Source: Escherichia phage BYEP01 | Length of the DNA: 64,000 nucleotides | Sequence record: OR757453.1 | Direction: 5' to 3' (one strand) | Shown: positions 51,594 to 61,649 of the stretch, piece after piece | How the letters are laid out: the number at the start of each line of letters is the position of its first letter | Position numbering within the stretch: the stretch's first letter is position 1 | The notes under the pieces: generated by a model | The model's database searches: none | Told to the model about the DNA's origin: nothing | The model's input: the letters and a program-made list of their open reading frames with translations, nothing else | Translations under genes and position numbers: made by a program

Positions 51594-54290
51594 ATGAAAG
51601 AATTTTATATCTCTATTGAAACAGTCGGAAATAACATTGTTGAACGTTATATTGATGAAAACGGAAAGGAACGTACTCGTGAAGTAGAATATCTTCCGAC
51701 TATGTTTAGGCATTGTAAGGAAGAGTCAAAGTACAAAGACATTTACGGTAAAAACTGTGCTCCTCAAAAATTTCCATCAATGAAAGATGCACGAGATTGG
51801 ATGAAACGAATGGAAGACATCGGTCTCGAAGCTCTCGGTATGAACGATTTTAAACTCGCTTATATCAGTGATACATATGGTTCAGAAATTGTTTATGACC
51901 GAAAATTTGTTCGTGTAGCTAACTGCGACATTGAGGTTACTGGTGATAAATTTCCTGACCCAATGAAAGCAGAATATGAAATTGATGCTATCACTCATTA
52001 TGATTCAATTGACGACCGTTTTTACGTCTTTGATTTGTTGAATTCAATGTACGGTTCAGTATCAAAATGGGATGCAAAGTTAGCTGCTAAGCTTGACTGT
52101 GAAGGTGGTGATGAAGTTCCTCAAGAAATTCTTGACCGAGTAATTTATATGCCATTTGATAATGAGCGTGATATGCTCATGGAATATATTAATCTCTGGG
52201 AACAGAAACGACCTGCTATTTTTACCGGTTGGAATATTGAGGGATTTGACGTTCCGTATATCATGAATCGTGTTAAAATGGTTCTCGGTGAACGTAGTAT
52301 GAAACGCTTCTCTCCAATCGGTCGAGTAAAATCTAAACTAATTCAAAATATGTACGGTAGCAAAGAAATTTATTCTATTGATGGCGTATCTATTCTTGAT
52401 TATTTAGATTTGTACAAAAAATTCGCATTTACTAATTTGCCATCATTCTCTTTGGAATCAGTTGCTCAACACGAAACCAAAAAAGGTAAATTGCCGTACG
52501 ATGGTCCTATTAATAAACTTCGTGAGACTAATCATCAACGATACATTAGTTATAACATCATTGACGTAGAATCAGTTCAAGCAATTGATAAAATTCGTGG
52601 GTTTATCGATCTAGTTTTAAGTATGTCTTATTACGCTAAAATGCCTTTTTCTGGCGTAATGAGTCCTATTAAAACTTGGGACGCTATTATTTTTAACTCA
52701 CTGAAAGGTGAACATAAAGTTATTCCTCAACAAGGTTCGCACGTTAAACAGAGTTTTCCAGGTGCATTTGTATTTGAACCTAAACCGATTGCTCGTCGAT
52801 ACATTATGAGTTTTGACTTGACATCTCTGTATCCTAGCATTATTCGTCAGGTTAACATTAGTCCTGAGACTATTCGTGGACAATTTAAAGTTCATCCAAT
52901 TCATGAATATATCGCAGGAACAGCTCCTAAGCCAAGTGATGAATATTCTTGCTCTCCGAATGGATGGATGTATGATAAGCACCAAGAAGGTATCATTCCA
53001 AAGGAAATCGCTAAAGTATTTTTCCAGCGTAAAGACTGGAAAAAGAAAATGTTCGCTGAAGAAATGAATGCCGAAGCTATTAAAAAGATTATTATGAAAG
53101 GTGCAGGGTCTTGTTCAACTAAACCAGAAGTTGAACGATATGTTAAGTTCAATGATGATTTCTTAAACGAATTATCGAATTACACTGAATCTGTTCTTAA
53201 TAGTCTGATCGAAGAATGTGAAAAAGCAGCTACACTTGCTAACACAAATCAGCTGAACCGTAAAATTCTTATCAACAGTCTTTATGGTGCTCTTGGTAAT
53301 ATTCATTTCCGTTACTATGATTTGCGAAATGCTACTGCTATCACAATTTTCGGTCAAGTCGGTATTCAGTGGATTGCTCGCAAAATTAATGAATATCTGA
53401 ATAAAGTATGTGGAACTAATGGTGAAGATTTCATCGCCGCGGGTGATACTGATTCGGTATATGTTTGTGTAGATAAAGTAATTGAAAAAGTAGGTCTTGA
53501 CCGCTTTAAAGAACAAAATGATTTAGTTGAATTCATGAATCAGTTCGGTAAGAAAAAGATGGAACCTATGATTGATGTTGCATATCGTGAGTTATGTGAT
53601 TATATGAATAACCGCGAGCATCTGATGCATATGGACCGTGAAGCTATTTCTTGCCCTCCACTTGGTTCAAAGGGTGTTGGTGGATTTTGGAAAGCGAAAA
53701 AGCGTTATGCTCTGAACGTTTATGATATGGAAGATAAGCGATTTGCTGAACCACATCTAAAAATCATGGGTATGGAAACTCAGCAGAGTTCAACACCAAA
53801 AGCAGTACAAGAAGCTCTCGAAGAAAGTATTCGTCGTATTCTTCAGGAAGGCGAAGAGTCTGTCCAAGAATACTATAAGAACTTTGAGAAAGAATATCGT
53901 CAACTTGATTATAAAGTTATTGCTGAAGTAAAAACTGCGAACGATATAGCGAAATATGATGATAAAGGTTGGCCAGGATTTAAATGCCCATTCCACATTC
54001 GTGGGGTGCTAACTTATCGTCGAGCTGTTAGTGGTCTAGGTGTAGCTCCAATTTTGGATGGAAATAAGGTAATGGTTCTTCCATTACGTGAAGGAAATCC
54101 ATTTGGTGACAAGTGCATTGCTTGGCCGTCGGGTACAGAACTTCCAAAAGAAATTCGTTCTGATGTACTATCTTGGATTGACCACTCAACTTTGTTCCAA
54201 AAATCGTTTGTTAAACCGCTTGCGGGTATGTGTGAATCGGCTGGCATGGATTATGAGGAAAAAGCTTCGTTAGACTTCCTGTTTGGCTGA
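51594..54290 (+). CDS. 43: DNA polymerase gp43 (family B, 898 aa)
   Basis: 898 aa; exonuclease and polymerase motifs (DxE, YGDTDS); MKEFYISIETVGNNI. Confidence 0.95.
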   Translation: MKEFYISIETVGNNIVERYIDENGKERTREVEYLPTMFRHCKEESKYKDIYGKNCAPQKFPSMKDARDWMKRMEDIGLEALGMNDFKLAYISDTYGSEIVYDRKFVRVANCDIEVTGDKFPDPMKAEYEIDAITHYDSIDDRFYVFDLLNSMYGSVSKWDAKLAAKLDCEGGDEVPQEILDRVIYMPFDNERDMLMEYINLWEQKRPAIFTGWNIEGFDVPYIMNRVKMVLGERSMKRFSPIGRVKSKLIQNMYGSKEIYSIDGVSILDYLDLYKKFAFTNLPSFSLESVAQHETKKGKLPYDGPINKLRETNHQRYISYNIIDVESVQAIDKIRGFIDLVLSMSYYAKMPFSGVMSPIKTWDAIIFNSLKGEHKVIPQQGSHVKQSFPGAFVFEPKPIARRYIMSFDLTSLYPSIIRQVNISPETIRGQFKVHPIHEYIAGTAPKPSDEYSCSPNGWMYDKHQEGIIPKEIAKVFFQRKDWKKKMFAEEMNAEAIKKIIMKGAGSCSTKPEVERYVKFNDDFLNELSNYTESVLNSLIEECEKAATLANTNQLNRKILINSLYGALGNIHFRYYDLRNATAITIFGQVGIQWIARKINEYLNKVCGTNGEDFIAAGDTDSVYVCVDKVIEKVGLDRFKEQNDLVEFMNQFGKKKMEPMIDVAYRELCDYMNNREHLMHMDREAISCPPLGSKGVGGFWKAKKRYALNVYDMEDKRFAEPHLKIMGMETQQSSTPKAVQEALEESIRRILQEGEESVQEYYKNFEKEYRQLDYKVIAEVKTANDIAKYDDKGWPGFKCPFHIRGVLTYRRAVSGLGVAPILDGNKVMVLPLREGNPFGDKCIAWPSGTELPKEIRSDVLSWIDHSTLFQKSFVKPLAGMCESAGMDYEEKASLDFLFG

Positions 54291-54303
54291 TAGAATAAAT
54301 CTA

Positions 54304-54326
54304 GGGACCTCCGGGTCCCTTTTTCA
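54304..54326 (+). terminator. terminator hairpin + T run
   Basis: gggacc-tccg-ggtccc-ttttt. Confidence 0.65.
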
Positions 54327-54407
54327 TACAAGTAATATAAATCTATACTTAGGAAAAATAGATGATTCTAGGACCTTTGAATTCATTAAAAAATTTTTCA
54401 CAAAGCT

Positions 54408-54437
54408 GTTTACAAGACTGTTCCTCTGTGGTACTAT
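54408..54437 (+). promoter_or_regulatory. early promoter (near-identical to 27711)
   Basis: gtttacaagactgttcctctgtggtactat. Confidence 0.55.
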
Positions 54438-54471
54438 ACAACTATCAACCAATACAAATTTGGAGAATGAA

Positions 54472-54852
54472 ATGAAAATCGCTATTTTGGTTATTGCATT
54501 GGGTCTTACTGGTTGTGTAGCTCAAGGACCAGTAGTAAATCAGTCTGATGCAGGAAAAATTGTAAACTGTTCAAGCAAATTTTATAATCCTAATGTCAAG
54601 TGTTATAAAGAAGCTCCAAAACAGACAGTAGAACAAATGCAGGCGAATTTTGACGAAGCTATTCGTCCAGATGAATCTGCTCAAGCATATCGTAATTCGG
54701 ATGTAATTACACGCGAAGAAAAAATTGAAAACTACTGTGCAGAACTTTGGGCAAATTGGGCTAATAATTACCAGTGGCGTACTGGTAAAAATGCTCCGAT
54801 GGAGTATGTAGTAAATTCTTATAATTCATGTGTAAAAAATTTGACTAAGTGA
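54472..54852 (+). CDS. putative lipoprotein (127 aa)
   Basis: Lipobox LTGC after signal peptide MKIAILVIALG; start chosen after promoter/SD. Confidence 0.55.
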   Translation: MKIAILVIALGLTGCVAQGPVVNQSDAGKIVNCSSKFYNPNVKCYKEAPKQTVEQMQANFDEAIRPDESAQAYRNSDVITREEKIENYCAELWANWANNYQWRTGKNAPMEYVVNSYNSCVKNLTK

Positions 54853-54859
54853 GGAAAAC

Positions 54860-55111
54860 ATGGAAACTTTAGTAGCAGGTTCAATTTTTATGGTTTTAGT
54901 TTCAGGCGTGTTGGCTATTATTATATACATGCTTCCTTGGTTCATCGCCTTGATGCGCGGGTCAAAATCGACAGTAGGAATCTTTTTCACATCTTTACTG
55001 TTTAACTGGTCAATTATTGGTTGGTTTATTACATTTATTTGGTCAATTGCGGGTGAAACTAAAAAATCTGTACAGCAAAATCAAGTAATTATCATCAGAG
55101 AGAAGGAATGA
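54860..55111 (+). CDS. imm: superinfection immunity protein Imm (83 aa, membrane)
   Basis: 83 aa, two TM helices, position between 43 and 42. Confidence 0.7.
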   Translation: METLVAGSIFMVLVSGVLAIIIYMLPWFIALMRGSKSTVGIFFTSLLFNWSIIGWFITFIWSIAGETKKSVQQNQVIIIREKE

Positions 55112-55257
55112 AAAGCAAAATTTTAGCAGTATTGCTTTTAATCTTGATGATTATAATAAGTATATACTATAGCGTAACGGTTCCTTGCATGATTCCGACA
55201 CTTATTATAGGTTGGGGTTTATTACTGTTACAAGTTAAATATGAATGTATCAATTGA
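55108..55257 (+). CDS. small membrane protein (49 aa), not in ORF track
   Basis: Hydrophobic; ATGA overlap with imm. Confidence 0.4.
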   Translation: MKSKILAVLLLILMIIISIYYSVTVPCMIPTLIIGWGLLLLQVKYECIN

Positions 55258-55264
55258 GGTTTAA

Positions 55265-56005
55265 ATGATTAATGACTCTATGACAGTTGAAGAAATCCGT
55301 CTTCATTTGGGAATTGCATTAAAGGAAAAAGATTTCGTAGTTGATAAAACTGGTGTTAAAACTATTGAAATTATTGGCGCATCATTTGTAGCAGATGAAC
55401 CGTTTATTTTTGGCGCTCTTAATGATGAATACATTCAGCGTGAACTTGAATGGTATAAATCTAAAAGCTTGTTTGTTAAAGATATTCCAGGTGAAACACC
55501 GAAGATTTGGCAACAAGTAGCATCTTCTAAAGGCGAAATTAACTCGAATTATGGTTGGGCTATCTGGTCAGAAGATAACTATGCCCAGTATGATATGTGT
55601 TTAGCTGAACTTGGTCAAAATCCTGATTCTCGACGTGGTATCATGATTTATACTCGTCCATCCATGCAGTTTGACTACAATAAAGATGGTATGTCAGATT
55701 TCATGTGTACGAATACAGTACAGTACCTGATTCGTGATAAGAAAGTCAATGCAGTTGTTAATATGAGAAGCAATGACTGCTGGGCAGGCTATCGTAATGA
55801 TTATGCATGGCAAAAATACGTACTAGATAAATTAGTATCTGATTTGAATGCAGGCGACCCATCGCGGCAATATAAAGCAGGTTCTATTATATGGAACGTT
55901 GGAAGTCTCCATGTGTACGAAAATCAGTTTTATTTAGTTGACCATTGGTGGAAAACTGGCGAAACTCATATTGCGAAAAAAGATTATAATGGTGAGTGGA
56001 AATGA
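55265..56005 (+). CDS. 42: dCMP hydroxymethylase gp42 (246 aa)
   Basis: Thymidylate-synthase-like; full-length similarity to remembered T4 gp42. Confidence 0.9.
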   Translation: MINDSMTVEEIRLHLGIALKEKDFVVDKTGVKTIEIIGASFVADEPFIFGALNDEYIQRELEWYKSKSLFVKDIPGETPKIWQQVASSKGEINSNYGWAIWSEDNYAQYDMCLAELGQNPDSRRGIMIYTRPSMQFDYNKDGMSDFMCTNTVQYLIRDKKVNAVVNMRSNDCWAGYRNDYAWQKYVLDKLVSDLNAGDPSRQYKAGSIIWNVGSLHVYENQFYLVDHWWKTGETHIAKKDYNGEWK

Positions 56006-56844
56006 TTCAATTCGTAATTCCAAGCTATCAACGCGTAGGGGCAGTTTCTGCCCTTGATATGTTTCCATCTGATTATGAACCTCATATTGTAGTACGTAAA
56101 CACGAAGAAAAAGCTTATTATGACGCTTATGGGTCTAGAGCTAAAATTATAACTATTCCTGATGATGTCAATGGAATTGCTGGTACTCGTAAAGCAATTA
56201 CTGATATGTATGCAGGTCAACGAATCTGGATGATTGATGATGATACTACTATTCGTATGAGTTCAATGCGAAAGAAAGATGATCGTCGCTGCGTAGATAA
56301 AATTAATCAATTAACCCGTGAACAGTTCTATGAATTGATTCAATACGTTGAAGATGCCATGGATTGCGGGTATTATCATGGTCATGCTCGTCTACCTATT
56401 TTTAAAATTACTTCATCTTGGGGTAATTATCGTGAAAATTCATATGGATTCACAAATACATGGTATGACCTTGGAAAACTTACAACAGAACAAATTGGGT
56501 ATGGAAAAATTGATTTATGCGAAGATATGTATGCATTTCTCAATTTAATTAATCAAGGTTATCCGCATTTGGCCTTGTTCAAATATCTGGTTGTATCCGG
56601 AAAAGCACAAGCTCCTGGCGGATGTAGTTCAATTCGTAGTAATTCAAAACATAATAGAGCGCTCGAGCAAATCAATAGAGAGTTTCCAGAGCAAGCTCGT
56701 TGGAAAACTTCTAATATTGAAAAGAGAAAATCATTGGGTGAAGAAGACGAGCCATTAAAGGTTCTTCGCATGTGTGTTTCACGTAAAGAAAAATCAGAAG
56801 CGTTTCATAAGTTTAATGCTATTCATCCAATAGCAGTTGATTAA
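56002..56844 (+). CDS. putative glycosyltransferase in the beta-gt position (T2/T6-type beta-alpha-gt?)
   Basis: Not T4 beta-gt; DxD-like IWMIDDDT; location between 42 and uvsX. Confidence 0.45.
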   Translation: MIQFVIPSYQRVGAVSALDMFPSDYEPHIVVRKHEEKAYYDAYGSRAKIITIPDDVNGIAGTRKAITDMYAGQRIWMIDDDTTIRMSSMRKKDDRRCVDKINQLTREQFYELIQYVEDAMDCGYYHGHARLPIFKITSSWGNYRENSYGFTNTWYDLGKLTTEQIGYGKIDLCEDMYAFLNLINQGYPHLALFKYLVVSGKAQAPGGCSSIRSNSKHNRALEQINREFPEQARWKTSNIEKRKSLGEEDEPLKVLRMCVSRKEKSEAFHKFNAIHPIAVD

Positions 56845-56921
56845 TGCCTAAATTTATTGTGTTATAATTACCCTATCTTTAACCAGTGAGGAAAATATAA
56901 TGATGCCTATGGAAAAAATGA

Positions 56922-57851
56922 ATGTCTATTGCAGATTTAAAATCCCGTTTGATTAAAGCTTCCACTTCTAAAATGACTGCTGAACTGACTACATCTAAAT
57001 TCTTTAATGAAAAGGATGTAATTCGTACAAAAATCCCAATGCTTAATATCGCTATTTCTGGCGCGATTGATGGTGGTATGCAGTCTGGTTTAACCATTTT
57101 TGCAGGTCCTTCTAAACACTTTAAATCAAATATGTCTTTGACTATGGTTGCGGCGTATTTGAACAAATATCCTGACGCGGTTTGTCTATTTTATGATAGC
57201 GAATTTGGTATTACTCCAGCTTATTTGCGGTCCATGGGAGTTGACCCTGAACGAGTAATTCATACGCCAATTCAGTCAGTTGAACAACTGAAAATTGATA
57301 TGGTGAATCAGCTTGAAGCTATTGAGCGTGGTGAAAAAGTTATTGTATTCATCGACTCAATCGGTAATATGGCTTCTAAGAAAGAAACGGAAGATGCCTT
57401 GAATGAAAAATCTGTGGCAGATATGACTCGTGCTAAATCACTGAAGTCATTATTCCGTATTGTTACTCCTTATTTTAGCATTAAAAATATTCCATGTGTT
57501 GCGGTTAACCATACAATTGAAACAATTGAAATGTTTAGTAAAACCGTGATGACAGGTGGTTGTGTTATTGCTGGTACTAAAATCCAGATGTCCGATGGTT
57601 CTACTAAAGCAGTTGAAGATATTCGTCCAGGTGAGCGTGTTAAAACCATGGTCGGTGATAATGAAGTAACTTATGTTTGGGACCCCGAAACTCTGGCTGA
57701 AGGTACTCCTGAATGTTTCGAAATTGAATTCGAAGACGGTTATAAAGTAACTACTTCAGATACTCACAAGTTCCTGGTAATGGTTAAAGACATTCCAACT
57801 TGGGTTGAAGCTAAAGATTTAGTAGCTGGAATGGATTGTGTTGTAAGGTAA
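56922..57851 (+). CDS. uvsX: UvsX recombinase N-terminal extein (213 aa) fused to N-terminal split-intein half (96 aa)
   Basis: RecA-like sequence to MFSKTVMTGG, then Cys-initiated Hint block (CVIAGTKIQMSDGS...TTSDTHKFLV) ending in stop. Confidence 0.85.
   Translation: MSIADLKSRLIKASTSKMTAELTTSKFFNEKDVIRTKIPMLNIAISGAIDGGMQSGLTIFAGPSKHFKSNMSLTMVAAYLNKYPDAVCLFYDSEFGITPAYLRSMGVDPERVIHTPIQSVEQLKIDMVNQLEAIERGEKVIVFIDSIGNMASKKETEDALNEKSVADMTRAKSLKSLFRIVTPYFSIKNIPCVAVNHTIETIEMFSKTVMTGGCVIAGTKIQMSDGSTKAVEDIRPGERVKTMVGDNEVTYVWDPETLAEGTPECFEIEFEDGYKVTTSDTHKFLVMVKDIPTWVEAKDLVAGMDCVVR
57561..57848 (+). mobile_element. split intein, N-terminal half (IntN)
   Basis: Starts with Cys at extein junction; Hint blocks A/B. 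Confidence 0.7.
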
Positions 57852-57855
57852 TAAA

Positions 57856-57896
57856 TATGGGTACCGGACTAATGTATATTTTTGAGGTACCCATAT
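57856..57896 (+). promoter_or_regulatory. 11-bp perfect inverted repeat sequestering SD and start codon of endonuclease gene
   Basis: atatgggtacc ... ggtacccatat; ATG 57895 begins inside 3-prime arm; near-consensus late promoter AATAAATA just upstream. Confidence 0.5.
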
Positions 57897-58617
57897 GAAT
57901 TTTGTCTATAAAATTGTGTTCAACGATAGAATTAAAAACGGCACTCCGCCATATTACTACATAGGGAGCAAGACAAATGCTTCTTATGTAGATGGTAAGA
58001 TTATTGACGCCCACGGTCGTGAGTACTATGGCTCATCGAGATATCCCGGATATCATGATTTTATCAATAATGTTACTGTTGAAATATTGGAGCAATATGA
58101 TGATATTAAACACACTAAACTGCTAGAGCGCGAAAATTTCTATCAGAAACAAGTAAATGTTAAAACAAATCCAGATTATTTTAATTTAGATTATGCTTGT
58201 GGGCATAATTCATATGCTAATGCTGATTTTGCATCATACAAGCATTATATAACAGGTAAATGTATTCGTCTTGAAAGAAACCATCCGCTTGTTAAATCTG
58301 GTGTGTATGTTGGCGTCACAAAAGGCGTGAAATCTTCTGATGAACACCGTAAGCACATATCAGAAGGTATTACCGGAGAAAACAATGGGTTCTATGGTAA
58401 GAAACACACTAAAGAAACAATTAATAAAATATCAGAAAAAGCAAAGAAAAGATTAAAGCATTCCCATCCTAGACAAAAAGGTGTTATCATAAACGGTATT
58501 GAATACCGGGGCGTCAGACCTGCTGCAAGAGCGTTGGGAATTAATCCTAACACAATTATCAACAAAATTAAAGCTAATATAAAAGGATGGGCTTATGCAG
58601 TAGATGCACGCGGTTAA
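57895..58617 (+). CDS. free-standing GIY-YIG-like homing endonuclease between the two uvsX halves
   Basis: FVYKIVFNDRIKNGTPPYYYIGSK motif; NUMOD-like NNGFYGKKHTKETINKISE; C-terminal HTH-like. Confidence 0.75.
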   Translation: MNFVYKIVFNDRIKNGTPPYYYIGSKTNASYVDGKIIDAHGREYYGSSRYPGYHDFINNVTVEILEQYDDIKHTKLLERENFYQKQVNVKTNPDYFNLDYACGHNSYANADFASYKHYITGKCIRLERNHPLVKSGVYVGVTKGVKSSDEHRKHISEGITGENNGFYGKKHTKETINKISEKAKKRLKHSHPRQKGVIINGIEYRGVRPAARALGINPNTIINKIKANIKGWAYAVDARG

Positions 58618-58725
58618 GGCATTCGAAGATATGGTAAAAGAATTTGGAATGAACATGACAATCAAGATTATGCTTTCATGAAATATGTATATTGAAACTA
58701 GCTACTACGAAACACAAGGTAAAGT

Positions 58726-59373
58726 ATGAAAATTAAATCTGTTAAATCTGTTGGTAAAAAAGAAGTCTATGATTTGTCTGTTGCTGACGTCGAGCATTAT
58801 GTTTTAGAAAATGGTATCGTTACACACAACACAGGCGTAATGTATTCGGCTGATACTGTATTCATTATCGGTAAACGTCAGATTAAAGATGGTTCTGATC
58901 TTCAGGGGTATCAATTTGTTCTAAATGTAGAAAAATCTCGTACCGTTAAAGAAAAAAGTAAATTCTTTATTGATGTTAAATTTGACGGTGGTATCGATCC
59001 TTATTCTGGATTATTAGATATGGCTCTTGAATTAGGATTTGTGGTAAAACCTAAAAATGGCTGGTATGCTCGTGAATTTCTTGACGAAGAAACCGGCGAG
59101 ATGATTCGCGAAGAAAAATCTTGGCGTGCAAAAGATACCAATTGCACTACATTCTGGGGTCCTTTATTTAAGCATCAACCATTCCGAGATGCTATTAAAC
59201 GCGCTTATCAGTTAGGTGCTATTGATAGTAATGAAATTGTTGAAGCTGAAGTTGATGAATTAATTAACTCAAAGGTTGAAAAATTTAAATCTCCAGAAAG
59301 TAAAAGTAAATCAGCAGCTGATTTAGAAACTGACCTAGATCAGTTAAGTGATATGGAAGAATTTAATGAATAA
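58726..59373 (+). CDS. uvsX: C-terminal split-intein half (35 aa) fused to UvsX C-terminal extein (180 aa)
   Basis: MKIKSVKSVGKKEVYDLSVADVEHYVLENGIVTHN then TGVMYSADTVFIIGKRQ... matching UvsX C-terminus. Confidence 0.85.
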   Translation: MKIKSVKSVGKKEVYDLSVADVEHYVLENGIVTHNTGVMYSADTVFIIGKRQIKDGSDLQGYQFVLNVEKSRTVKEKSKFFIDVKFDGGIDPYSGLLDMALELGFVVKPKNGWYAREFLDEETGEMIREEKSWRAKDTNCTTFWGPLFKHQPFRDAIKRAYQLGAIDSNEIVEAEVDELINSKVEKFKSPESKSKSAADLETDLDQLSDMEEFNE

Positions 59374-59710
59374 AAATGATTTAGATTTAGATTTAGAAAT
59401 TATCGACGAATCCCCCTCTTCGGAGGGGGAAGAAGAAAGAAAAGAACGTCTTTTTAATGAATCTCTTAAGATAATTAAATCTGCCATGGAAAATGTTATC
59501 CAGGAGATTGTCATTAAACTAGAAGACGGTTCTACACACATTGTGTATGTGACAAAATTAGATTGGGTTGATGGAAAAGTCGTAATGGACTTTGCTGTTC
59601 TTGACCAAGAAAGAAAAGCTGAGTTAGCTCCTCATGTAGAAAAATGTATTACAATGCAACTACAAGATGCATTTAATAAAAGGTCAAAGAAAAAATTTAA
59701 ATTCTTTTAA
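59366..59710 (+). CDS. 40: gp40-like protein (114 aa)
   Basis: Position between uvsX and 41. Confidence 0.55.
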   Translation: MNKNDLDLDLEIIDESPSSEGEEERKERLFNESLKIIKSAMENVIQEIVIKLEDGSTHIVYVTKLDWVDGKVVMDFAVLDQERKAELAPHVEKCITMQLQDAFNKRSKKKFKFF

Positions 59711-59719
59711 GGAGTAAGT

Positions 59720-61147
59720 GTGGTAGAAATTATTCTTTCTCATCTCATATTTGATCAAGCTTATTTTTCAAAAGTTTGGCCATATATGGATTCAGAATAT
59801 TTTGAAAGTGGTCCAGCTAAAAATACATTCAAATTAATTAAATCTCATGTTAATGAGTACCATAGCGTTCCATCCATTAATGCGTTAAATGTTGCATTAG
59901 AAAATAGTTCATTTACTGAAACAGAATATTCTGGTGTAAAAACACTTATTTCAAAACTAACCGATTCTCCGGAAGACCACAGCTGGTTAGTAAAAGAAAC
60001 AGAAAAATATGTTCAGCAAAGGGCGATGTTTAATGCTACGTCTAAAATAATTGAAATTCAAACTAATGCTGAGCTTCCTCCGGAAAAACGAAATAAGAAA
60101 ATGCCAGATGTAGGTGCTATTCCTGACATCATGCGCCAAGCATTATCAATTTCATTTGATAGCTACGTTGGTCATGATTGGATGGATGACTACGAAGCAC
60201 GTTGGCTATCTTATATGAATAAAGCTCGTAAGGTTCCATTTAAACTCAAAATTCTAAATAAAATTACTAAAGGCGGAGCTGAAACTGGAACACTGAACGT
60301 TTTAATGGCTGGTGTTAACGTTGGTAAGTCATTAGGTCTGTGTTCATTGGCAGCAGATTATTTACAGCTCGGTCATAATGTTCTTTACATTTCAATGGAA
60401 ATGGCAGAAGAAGTCTGTGCTAAGCGTATTGACGCTAATATGCTTGATGTTTCTCTTGATGACATTGATGATGGGCATATTTCTTACGCTGAGTATAAAG
60501 GAAAAATGGAAAAATGGCGTGAGAAATCTACTCTCGGCCGTTTAATCGTTAAACAGTATCCTACTGGTGGAGCAGACGCTAATACATTTCGGTCGCTTTT
60601 AAATGAATTAAAGCTCAAGAAGAATTTTGTTCCAACAATCATTATTGTTGACTATCTGGGTATTTGTAAATCTTGCCGCATCAGAGTTTATTCAGAAAAT
60701 AGTTACACAACTGTTAAAGCTATCGCAGAGGAATTGCGTGCTCTGGCTGTTGAAACCGAAACTGTTCTTTGGACTGCAGCACAGGTTGGTAAACAAGCTT
60801 GGGACTCTTCCGATGTTAACATGAGCGATATTGCAGAATCTGCTGGTCTTCCAGCGACAGCTGATTTTATGCTTGCGGTCATTGAAACCGAGGAGCTAGC
60901 AGCTGCTGAACAGCAACTCATTAAGCAAATCAAATCACGATACGGTGATAAGAATAAATGGAATAAGTTTTTGATGGGTGTTCAAAAAGGAAATCAGAAA
61001 TGGGTAGAAATTGAACAAGATTCTACTCCAACTGAAGTGAGTGAAGTAGCAGGTTCACAGCAGATTCAGGCTGAGCAGAATCGCTATCAAAGAAACGAAT
61101 CGACTCGAGCTCAGTTAGATGCTTTGGCGAATGAATTAAAATTTTAG
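59720..61147 (+). CDS. 41: replicative DNA helicase gp41 (475 aa), GTG start
   Basis: DnaB-like Walker A GVNVGKS; full-length match to remembered T4 gp41. Confidence 0.93.
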   Translation: MVEIILSHLIFDQAYFSKVWPYMDSEYFESGPAKNTFKLIKSHVNEYHSVPSINALNVALENSSFTETEYSGVKTLISKLTDSPEDHSWLVKETEKYVQQRAMFNATSKIIEIQTNAELPPEKRNKKMPDVGAIPDIMRQALSISFDSYVGHDWMDDYEARWLSYMNKARKVPFKLKILNKITKGGAETGTLNVLMAGVNVGKSLGLCSLAADYLQLGHNVLYISMEMAEEVCAKRIDANMLDVSLDDIDDGHISYAEYKGKMEKWREKSTLGRLIVKQYPTGGADANTFRSLLNELKLKKNFVPTIIIVDYLGICKSCRIRVYSENSYTTVKAIAEELRALAVETETVLWTAAQVGKQAWDSSDVNMSDIAESAGLPATADFMLAVIETEELAAAEQQLIKQIKSRYGDKNKWNKFLMGVQKGNQKWVEIEQDSTPTEVSEVAGSQQIQAEQNRYQRNESTRAQLDALANELKF

Positions 61148-61176
61148 TTTACAAGCTGACAAGACTATGGTATAGT
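61147..61176 (+). promoter_or_regulatory. early promoter
   Basis: gtttac..tatggtatagt. Confidence 0.55.
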
Positions 61177-61205
61177 AGTCTTGTTGGTTAAATGAGGAGA
61201 TTGTT

Positions 61206-61388
61206 ATGGAATTGGTAAAGGTAGTTTTTATGGGGTGGTTTAAGAATGAAAGCATGTTTACTAAAGAAATCACAATGATGAAAGATGACGTTCAATGGGC
61301 TACTACTCAATATGCTGAAGTTAATAAAGCACTAGTTAAAGCTTTCATTGATGACAAGAAAGTATGCGAAGTGGATTGCCGAGGATAA
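61206..61388 (+). CDS. dmd: Dmd-like antitoxin (60 aa; inhibitor of RnlA/LsoA in T4)
   Basis: 60 aa, position immediately after 41; sequence consistent with remembered T4 Dmd. Confidence 0.65.
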   Translation: MELVKVVFMGWFKNESMFTKEITMMKDDVQWATTQYAEVNKALVKAFIDDKKVCEVDCRG

Positions 61389-61389
61389 T

Positions 61390-61647
61390 ATGCACATTGT
61401 TTTATTTAAACCTACTCCGTATAATGTCAGGAAAAATACTCAATTCAAAGCACTTGTTGCAGATACGTGGGAATTGGTGTTAGATATTCCAGCAGAAGAA
61501 AGTCCTCCATTTGGTCGAGTGGAATTTATTAAATTTGCTGTGCGCCCTACGAAGCGACAGATTCGTCAATGCAAAAGATACTTTCGTAAAATCGTCAAGT
61601 TAGAGAAACAGTTTGTAACATGTGATTATGCAGAAGTTTTAAAATAA
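61390..61647 (+). CDS. hypothetical protein (85 aa)
   Basis: Start after dmd stop. Confidence 0.45.
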   Translation: MHIVLFKPTPYNVRKNTQFKALVADTWELVLDIPAEESPPFGRVEFIKFAVRPTKRQIRQCKRYFRKIVKLEKQFVTCDYAEVLK

Positions 61648-61649
61648 GT

